Program-made: the position numbers and the translations under genes | Origin: Gemmatimonadota bacterium | Lineage (GTDB): Bacteria; Gemmatimonadota; Gemmatimonadetes; Longimicrobiales; RSA9 | Direction: 5' to 3' | DNA: 12,612 nt | Assembly: GCA_040905425.1 (NCBI GenBank) | Contig: JBBDRO010000009.1 | Location: forward strand, 1 to 12,612 | Notes under the pieces: generated by a model | Database searches by the model: none | What the model was told of the DNA's origin: nothing | What the model saw: only the letters and a program-made list of their open reading frames with translations | In this document: piece after piece, positions 1 through 5,696 of the stretch | Position numbering within the stretch: the first letter of the stretch is position 1 | How the letters are laid out: every line of letters starts with the position of its first letter

Positions 1-1
1 C

Positions 2-118
2 CGCTACGCCGACTGGGCCATCTGGGGCGTGGCCGCGGTCATGGCCGTGCTGCTGTTGCACCGCTTCGGGGTCAACCTGCGGCGCCTGGCGCGGCTGGAG
101 CCGCGCCAGCGCCCATAA
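2..118 (+). CDS. 3' end of a membrane protein (partial, runs off left edge)
   Basis: Open frame RYADWAIWGVAAVMAVLLLHRFGVNLRRLARLEPRQRP* ending TAA 116-118; hydrophobic helix followed by a basic tail; GC3-rich codons. Family not identifiable. Confidence 0.7.
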   Translation, partial: RYADWAIWGVAAVMAVLLLHRFGVNLRRLARLEPRQRP

Positions 119-171
119 GCGGCGACGCCCATCGACACTCAATCTCCGCGCAGTTCGCATTTCCGGATGAA

Positions 172-200
172 TTGACGGGCGCACCCGCGGGCGGCAGTCT
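172..200 (+). promoter_or_regulatory. Putative sigma70 promoter for the 284..586 gene
   Basis: TTGACG (172-177), 17-nt spacer, CAGTCT (195-200). Confidence 0.5.
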
Positions 201-283
201 TCACCGAGACCCGAGAGGCTCAGGCGACTACGGCAGCGTGATGGCACTGCCGGCCGGAGCGCGCCAACCCCAGGAGGAATACC

Positions 284-586
284 ATGCTGCTCATCCGCGA
301 GGTCATGCACTGCAAGCCCGGCAAGGTGCGGGCGATGGTCGAGAAGTTCATTGCCATGAACCGGCTCGGGGAGAAGTCGGGGATGCCGAAGATGCGCATC
401 ATGACCGACTTCAGCGCCGAGCGGTACTGGACCGTGGTGGCGGAGATGGAGGTCGAGAGCATGGAGGCGTTCATGGCCATGATGGACGACACATCGGGCG
501 ATACGGCCGAAATGGAGGAGATCATGAAGGGCTATCATGACCTCATCGACCAGGGCCGGCGCGAGATCTACACCATCGAGGAGTGA
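284..586 (+). CDS. Small NIPSNAP-like / dimeric alpha-beta barrel protein (100 aa)
   Basis: AGGAGG RBS at 272-277; N-terminal REVMHCKPGK and C-terminal RREIYTIE pattern resemble ferredoxin-like NIPSNAP/ABM folds; strong GC3 bias. Confidence 0.7.
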   Translation: MLLIREVMHCKPGKVRAMVEKFIAMNRLGEKSGMPKMRIMTDFSAERYWTVVAEMEVESMEAFMAMMDDTSGDTAEMEEIMKGYHDLIDQGRREIYTIEE

Positions 587-688
587 CCACCCCGGGCCAG
601 CGGCATGCGCGCGGCAGGCCACCTACCCGGGAATGCGGCGCGTCACGGCTCCAGTGGAATCCACGAACTCGATGCGCGCTTCGTCCAG

Positions 689-977
689 CGTAGATCAGGT
701 GGCCGGTGCCGAAGAGCGCGGCGTAGACGAAGAGCACGCCCAGTGCGGGTAAACGCGATCGTAGAAGCTCTGCAGGGTGGCGCCGTCCGTGGCGGGCGTC
801 AGCAGCGTCACGGCAGATGAGGCCGGCCGTGGCCATGTGGCTCACCTAGACGTAGGGGCGCTCGTCGCCGCCGGGGGCCACGAAGCGGCGCTAAACCTAG
901 ACGTAGTCCACGATGAAGCTGGCGCGCCTGGATGGAGGCGATGTCCGGGAAGGCGATGATCGAGGCCAGCGCCACCA
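689..977 (-). pseudogene. Collapsed relic of the 3' half of the SSS symporter gene (four collinear blocks)
   Basis: Manual alignment: 689-743 vs 3816-3870 (51/55), 744-813 vs 3953-4022 (60/70), 816-925 vs 4291-4394 (6-nt insertion and in-frame TAG stops), 922-977 vs 4540-4595 (52/56). The intervening gene segments are deleted. Confidence 0.9.
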
Positions 978-1022
978 AGTGCGCATCATAGATCACCTGT
1001 GAAGAGATTCCGCTACGTCTAG
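844..1022. repeat. Three copies of CTAGACGTAG (two direct, one inverted)
   Basis: ACCTAGACGTAG at 844-855 and 895-906; CTACGTCTAG (reverse complement of the 10-mer core) at 1013-1022. Confidence 0.85.
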
Positions 1023-1078
1023 CTCCGATGACCCGGAGGCAGCGGACACGGCGCCCCCGCCCCCGGGTCCACCCGGCA

Positions 1079-1573
1079 CTACTTCATTGGCACAGGCTCC
1101 GCTCGTCGCATCAAAGCGGCATCGAGTGCATCAGCCACGACAGGTGGAAGTGCGTAGGTGTGAAGCGGAGTTCCTTCGCACGACGTTACATCGAGGGCAC
1201 CTTCGGACACGCGCAGATTGGCTCGATAGGTCTTCAGCACCTCAACCGCGCGGATCATGTCGCCGTCCGCGAACGCGAGCAGGAACTCTTCCTCCGCCTC
1301 CGTGGGCTCGCAAGCCATGTGCGTCCCATTGGAATGGCAATAGGACGGATACTCCGACGAGTGGCAAGTTGCGTGGCCGCCTGCCGAATCGTTGCAGGTG
1401 TACGGCACGCCCTGACCATCGAAGGCATGGACAGTCCGGTCCATGAATTCGTTTTTGTACTCGTGACAGTCCAGGCACTCATCGCCCGGATCCTGTGCCC
1501 GAGCCGTGTTCGGAGCCCCGACCGCCATGGCCGAGGACACCAACACGCCGGCGCAAACGTATCGGAAATGCAT
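1079..1573 (-). CDS. Secreted Cys/His-rich protein with one CxxCH motif (possible atypical c-type cytochrome or metal-binding protein), 164 aa
   Basis: AAGGAGG RBS 5 nt before ATG 1573; signal peptide ending ARA|Q; CLDCH motif; 6 Cys and 6 His within 56 aa. Confidence 0.75.
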   Translation of the reverse strand: MHFRYVCAGVLVSSAMAVGAPNTARAQDPGDECLDCHEYKNEFMDRTVHAFDGQGVPYTCNDSAGGHATCHSSEYPSYCHSNGTHMACEPTEAEEEFLLAFADGDMIRAVEVLKTYRANLRVSEGALDVTSCEGTPLHTYALPPVVADALDAALMRRAEPVPMK

Positions 1574-1574
1574 T

Positions 1575-2744
1575 TCATCCTCCTTCTTTAAGGTCGCAAT
1601 CGTTGCGGCGGCGACGACCTGCGGAACCTCCTTTTCGACGCAGCGTCGGCTTGAAGAAAACGGCACGCACAAGACCGAGATCATCCACGTCGAATCCCCG
1701 GATGAGACCTGTCTTGTTCACAAAACGGAGCGAAAGTTCTGACCGACTCTCTGCGAGGAGCGTACCCGAGGCCAGATCGATTACCTGGATCCGGGTCGAG
1801 TGGATGTCGTTCAGGTTCGTCTGCGCAACTGGAACGTTGGTCGCGTCCTCCATTGCATCGAGGTCCGGCTCGAAAATCAACACCCAGAGTAGTTGAGCGG
1901 CAGAGTCCTCGAAGATGGAATTGGGACGGCTTGGCAGGACTCCGAGCCGCTCGCGCTGCTCACTGGTTGGAGCTTTCCCGACAACTGTTGAAAGCTTCCT
2001 ACCCGATGACGTCCATTTTTCGAGCAAATATTCGCGCGTGTGAATAGTCCAGAAACTCGAATCATTGACTGCGCGCATCCACAGGGCAGCGGAATTTCCA
2101 GGAGGGCCGAAGCGGCGCGCGAGATTGCCGGCTCCGTCCAACACCTGGAACTGATGATCGTAGCGGGGAGTAACGAGCAGCAAGGAGTCGCCAGGCAACA
2201 ACATTGCACCGGTGAATGTCCAGGGGATCGGGTGAGAAGCAATATACGCCCCAGTCATCGGATCCAGTATCGTACGTCCTGCCCGATGATCCACGACGTG
2301 CAGGTCGCCGCTGGAGCTGAACAAGAGTTGCCGGCGACTGTCATAGCGGAATTCACCCGGCCCATCCCCCTTTCGTCCAAATGTACCGGTAAGCTCACCG
2401 GTATCGTCGTATCGCGCGATAATCCCTTCTTCAAACAACTCGGCGGCTACAAAGCCGCCACCTGGCGCCACCGCGAAACGGGTCATGAACGAAATCGTGG
2501 CTGTATCGTCAAGTGCTCCCACCGCAATCACTGGTTCGAGCGAAATCACGCAGTCATGACAGGTTGGCTCCGCGACTTGCACTACGGGTTGTGCCGATAT
2601 TGCACCGTCGGGCAATACGAGCCCGAGCACTGCAATCGTTGGAAATCGGAGATACCGCGCCACGCGTGCTGCGCATTGCGCAGAGGACGTGATCGTGCCG
2701 ATCCAATCTGTGGCTAAATACGTTCTCTGACGAAGCTCGTGCAC
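1575..2744 (-). CDS. Secreted 6-bladed beta-propeller protein (NHL/TolB-like, DUF5128-like)
   Basis: Signature FGRKGDGPGEF; repeated blade motifs (YDDTG, LDGAGN, IDLASG); N-terminal hydrophobic segment ending ISA|Q then CHDC. GTG start with GAGG upstream, though a later start is possible. The stop overlaps the next gene's RBS region. Confidence 0.8.
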   Translation of the reverse strand: MHELRQRTYLATDWIGTITSSAQCAARVARYLRFPTIAVLGLVLPDGAISAQPVVQVAEPTCHDCVISLEPVIAVGALDDTATISFMTRFAVAPGGGFVAAELFEEGIIARYDDTGELTGTFGRKGDGPGEFRYDSRRQLLFSSSGDLHVVDHRAGRTILDPMTGAYIASHPIPWTFTGAMLLPGDSLLLVTPRYDHQFQVLDGAGNLARRFGPPGNSAALWMRAVNDSSFWTIHTREYLLEKWTSSGRKLSTVVGKAPTSEQRERLGVLPSRPNSIFEDSAAQLLWVLIFEPDLDAMEDATNVPVAQTNLNDIHSTRIQVIDLASGTLLAESRSELSLRFVNKTGLIRGFDVDDLGLVRAVFFKPTLRRKGGSAGRRRRNDCDLKEGG

Positions 2745-2748
2745 GCCT

Positions 2749-2850
2749 TCACCTCTCGTTCACTGGACGTCGCATCACAAGCCTTCGAACCGAATCTGTG
2801 CGGCCCCTAATCCTGTTCTCCCCTACCCTACTAACCTGAAAACCCCCCAT
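2749..2850 (-). CDS. Possible 33-aa small protein or leader peptide MGGFQVSRVGENRIRGRTDSVRRLVMRRPVNER
   Basis: GGGAGGAG upstream of ATG 2850; TGA ends 4 nt before the propeller GTG start. Confidence 0.3.
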   Translation of the reverse strand: MGGFQVSRVGENRIRGRTDSVRRLVMRRPVNER

Positions 2851-2884
2851 CACTCCTCCCGTCGGCATGCATCCAGCCGACCTA

Positions 2885-2910
2885 CTTGACATAAGCTCTG
2901 GACCCCTTAC
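2885..2910 (-). promoter_or_regulatory. Candidate cognate ECF promoter GTAAGG-N13-TGTCAAG
   Basis: Lies immediately after the sigma-factor stop and before a GTCGGC/GCCGAC hairpin (2861-2881) and the downstream genes; the -10 GTC core is ECF-like. Confidence 0.3.
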
Positions 2911-2916
2911 CCCCCC

Positions 2917-3477
2917 TCATGAGCTGTCCCAACATACGTCGTCGAAACCGGCGATTGCGCTGTCTTCCAAGGCTTGACGCAGATTTGCCAGAGCTCGCGT
3001 GCGCCGCTGCTCGAGGGCATTCACCGTGATGCCAAGCTCCGCAGCGGCCTCCCTGCGCGGGAGCCCCTCGATATCGCAGAGCCTGATCACGTCCTGCTGA
3101 GTGGGCGGGAGCTGCTCGATGTACGGCGAGAGCGTGGCGGCGAGTTCGGTCAGGTACACGCGGCGCAACGGATCGGGCGTCGTGGACGGCTCCGCCGCGG
3201 TGGAGATTGCGTCAAGCGGGGCGTCACGGCTCCGCCGCGCCTGGATGCGCAGCGCTTCATGCACGCCCGCCCTATAAAAGTAGGCTGCCATACCCTCCTC
3301 CTGCACCCTTGAACACAGGTCCGCTGGGAGATTGCAGAACACCTTCTGCACGACTTCCTCCGCCAGGTCAGGATCGCCACTCACTCGGAGGGCTGCTGCA
3401 CGGCAGGCTTCAGCGTACAACTCGAACAGGCGCTTCATTTCGGAGGGCGGGGGCCGGTCCATCGATGCGTGGCCCAT
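2917..3477 (-). CDS. ECF-type RNA polymerase sigma-70 factor (186 aa)
   Basis: Region 2 DLAEEVVQKVF...AYFYRA; region 4 LPPTQQDVIRL...EGLPRREAAAELGITVNALEQRRTRA; AGGAG RBS upstream. Confidence 0.9.
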   Translation of the reverse strand: MGHASMDRPPPSEMKRLFELYAEACRAAALRVSGDPDLAEEVVQKVFCNLPADLCSRVQEEGMAAYFYRAGVHEALRIQARRSRDAPLDAISTAAEPSTTPDPLRRVYLTELAATLSPYIEQLPPTQQDVIRLCDIEGLPRREAAAELGITVNALEQRRTRALANLRQALEDSAIAGFDDVCWDSS

Positions 3478-3624
3478 GGAAGCACTCCTGGCAGGGACGC
3501 TGCATCTGCGGGGAACAGCAACAGCGTCAGGTGGGATTCAGCGACTGAAACGCCAGCGGGTGGCAGGTGAAACCGCGGGCGCGGGCGAGGGCGGAGGCAG
3601 CGGCACCGCCGCAGGTGCATCGCC

Positions 3625-3653
3625 TATATAGTCCCCGCGAATCACGGGGTCAA
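3625..3653 (-). promoter_or_regulatory. Putative sigma70 promoter of the ECF gene with a palindromic spacer
   Basis: TTGACC (3653-3648), 17-nt spacer, TATATA (3630-3625); inverted repeat CCCCGCGA-A-TCACGGGG at 3633-3649. Confidence 0.55.
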
Positions 3654-3720
3654 GCTTCTTGTGCTGACGCGCGCGACGAACGCCGCCGCCAGGCACAGGT
3701 GAGCCGCCGGGGGACGTCGC

Positions 3721-5490
3721 TTAACGGACGATTCCGGTGCGCCTCACCACACGCATGAGCAGCACCCCCGCCACCGCGGCCAGGGCCAGCGCGGCCGAAC
3801 CCGCGCCGAGCTGTCCGTAGATCAGGTAGCCCGTGCCGAACAGCGCCGCGTAGACGAAGAGCACGCCCAGGAACCAGCCGGCCACGGCGGCGGCCAGGTC
3901 CGTGCGGCCCTCGCCGGTGGTGGTGTCCACGGCGGCGCGCCAACCGGCCGGGTGCGGGTAGACGCGCTCGTAGAAGCTCTGCAGGGTGGCGCGGTCGGTG
4001 GGTGGGGTGAGGAGCGTGACGGTGATCCAGCCGACGGTGGTGATCACCACGCCGAGCACCAGGGTGGTGGCGGGTGGCGGCGGGGTGAAGCCCAGGGCGG
4101 CGTGGACGAACTGGAAGTAGATGGCCACCAGGAAGCTGATGACCATGGCAGCCACCTCGCCCCAGGCGTTGATGCGCCACCAGAACCAGCGCAGGATGAA
4201 GATGAGGCCGGTGCCGGCGCCGATCTGCAGGAGGATCTGGAAGGCCTGCACGGCGTTCTGCAGCCACAGGGCCACGAGCGCGGCCAGCACGATGAGGCCC
4301 GCCGTGGCCATGCGGCCGATGGTGACGTAGTGGCGCTCGTCACGGTCGGGGGCTATGAAGCGGCGGTAGACGTCATCCACGATGTAGCTGGCGCCCCAGT
4401 TCAGGTGCGTGCTGATGGTGGACATGTAGGCGGCCGCCAGAGAGGCCACGGCCAGCCCGAGGATGCCGCTCGGCAGGTAGGTGAGCATGGCCGGGTAGGC
4501 CAGGTCGTGGCCCAGGATGCCGGGGGCCAGGTTCGGGAAGCGCGCCTGGATGGAGGCGATGTCCGGAAATACGATGATGGAGGCCAGCGCCACCAGGATC
4601 CAGGGCCAGGGGCGGATGGCATAGTGGGCCACGTTGAACCAGAGGGTGGAGAGCATGCTCTCGCGCTCGTCGCGGGCGGCCAGCATGCGCTGCGCCACGT
4701 AACCGCCGCCGCCCGGCTCGGAGCCCGGATACCAGGTGCTCCACCACTGCACGGCCAGCGGGATGACCAGCACCGTGACCAGGGCGCCCGTGTCATTGAA
4801 ATCCGGTAGCAGGGAGAGGTGGCCGGACACCTCCGGATGGCTGATCAGCCCCGACAGCCCGCCCACCTCCGGCAGGTTCACGGCCACGTACGCCGCGGCC
4901 AGCGAGCCGATCATGGCCACCACGAAGAGCAGCAGGTCGGTGGTGACCACGCCCCAGAGGCCGGAGGTGGCGGAGTAGGCCACCGTGACCAGCGCCAGCA
5001 CCACCACCGTGGGCACCGGGTCGAAGCCCAGCAGCACGCCGGAGATCTTGATGGCCGCCAGCGTCACCGTGGCCATGATCATGACGTTGAAGAAGACGCC
5101 CAGGTAGATGGCGCGGAAGCCGCGCAGGAAGGCCGCGGGCTTGCCGGCGTAGCGCAGCTCGTAGAAGCCGATGTCGGTGAGCACCGCGGAGCGGCGCCAC
5201 AGGCGAGCGTAGAAGAACACAGTCAGCATGCCCGTGATGACGAACGCCCACCACATCCAGTTCATGCTCACGCCGCCCGTGCGCACCAGGTCCGTGACCA
5301 GGTTGGGCGTGTCGGTGGAGAAGGTGGTGGCCACCATGGAGGTGCCCAGCATCCACCACGGCAGCTTGCGGCCCGAGAGGAAGAACTCCTCGGTTCCCCG
5401 CCCCGCGCGGCGCGCGAAGTAGAGGCCCACGCTGAGAGCCATGAGGCCGTAGCCGGCCACGACCAGCCAGTCCAGGAGGGAGAGCTGCAT
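3721..5490 (-). CDS. Sodium:solute symporter (SSS/SLC5 family), 589 aa
   Basis: EEFFLSGRKLPWW, SMVATTFSTDTP, AQRMLAA and AAYMSTISTHLNWGASY motifs; many TM helices; start at ATG 5490 (MQLSLLDW) with GAGG RBS. Confidence 0.95.
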   Translation of the reverse strand: MQLSLLDWLVVAGYGLMALSVGLYFARRAGRGTEEFFLSGRKLPWWMLGTSMVATTFSTDTPNLVTDLVRTGGVSMNWMWWAFVITGMLTVFFYARLWRRSAVLTDIGFYELRYAGKPAAFLRGFRAIYLGVFFNVMIMATVTLAAIKISGVLLGFDPVPTVVVLALVTVAYSATSGLWGVVTTDLLLFVVAMIGSLAAAYVAVNLPEVGGLSGLISHPEVSGHLSLLPDFNDTGALVTVLVIPLAVQWWSTWYPGSEPGGGGYVAQRMLAARDERESMLSTLWFNVAHYAIRPWPWILVALASIIVFPDIASIQARFPNLAPGILGHDLAYPAMLTYLPSGILGLAVASLAAAYMSTISTHLNWGASYIVDDVYRRFIAPDRDERHYVTIGRMATAGLIVLAALVALWLQNAVQAFQILLQIGAGTGLIFILRWFWWRINAWGEVAAMVISFLVAIYFQFVHAALGFTPPPPATTLVLGVVITTVGWITVTLLTPPTDRATLQSFYERVYPHPAGWRAAVDTTTGEGRTDLAAAVAGWFLGVLFVYAALFGTGYLIYGQLGAGSAALALAAVAGVLLMRVVRRTGIVR

Positions 5491-5530
5491 GCGACGCGTC
5501 CTCGTTTTGGTGGCGGATGCGGGACTGCGC

Positions 5531-5617
5531 AGAATGGCGTGGCAGGGGCGGAGCCGGCAAGGCGTATCCCCGCTGAAGTCTGACACATTGCCCGCTTCGT
5601 CCGCGCCGCTGTAGCTT
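5531..5617. promoter_or_regulatory. Back-to-back putative sigma70 promoters for the SSS and S9 peptidase genes
   Basis: Minus strand: TTGCCG (5560-5555)-N18-CATTCT (5536-5531). Plus strand: TTGCCC (5588-5593)-N18-TAGCTT (5612-5617). Confidence 0.4.
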
Positions 5618-5696
5618 GACCGGGCCGATCCCGACCGTAACGCCGCGGCCGCGGCATCCTGTCCGACTCGCCGCGCCGACCCACCGGAGGTGGCCC

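Larger units (their letters stand above)
978..3720. mobile_element. Putative horizontally acquired island (ECF sigma, beta-propeller, secreted Cys/His protein); no integrase or transposase seen
   Basis: Visibly lower GC and weaker GC3 bias than the flanks, especially 1575-2900; bounded by the intact SSS gene and its relic, which form diverged direct repeats. Confidence 0.6.

Noticed and set aside
2..118. PlsY C-terminus
   Set aside because: HRFGVNLRRL resembles PlsY HxxNIxRL but the spacing differs and too little sequence is visible.
844..906. Mini-CRISPR array (12-bp repeats with a 39-nt spacer)
   Set aside because: Repeats are too short and only two; the spacer is collinear SSS sequence; no cas genes are present.
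689..977. DGR template/variable repeat pair with the SSS gene
   Set aside because: Mismatches are mostly G/C swaps at third codon positions rather than adenine-specific, and there is no reverse transcriptase in the window.
543..996. ORFs 543..845 and 808..996 as real genes
   Set aside because: They are frame-hopping translations of the SSS relic with no convincing RBS.
2886..2891. Perfect TTGACA on the plus strand
   Set aside because: No -10 element at 16-18 nt (ACCCCC); better explained as part of the minus-strand candidate ECF promoter.
3435..3620. Leaderless 61-aa ORF upstream of the ECF gene
   Set aside because: The ATG is only 4 nt from the predicted -10, the product is low-complexity, and it overlaps the sigma gene out of frame.
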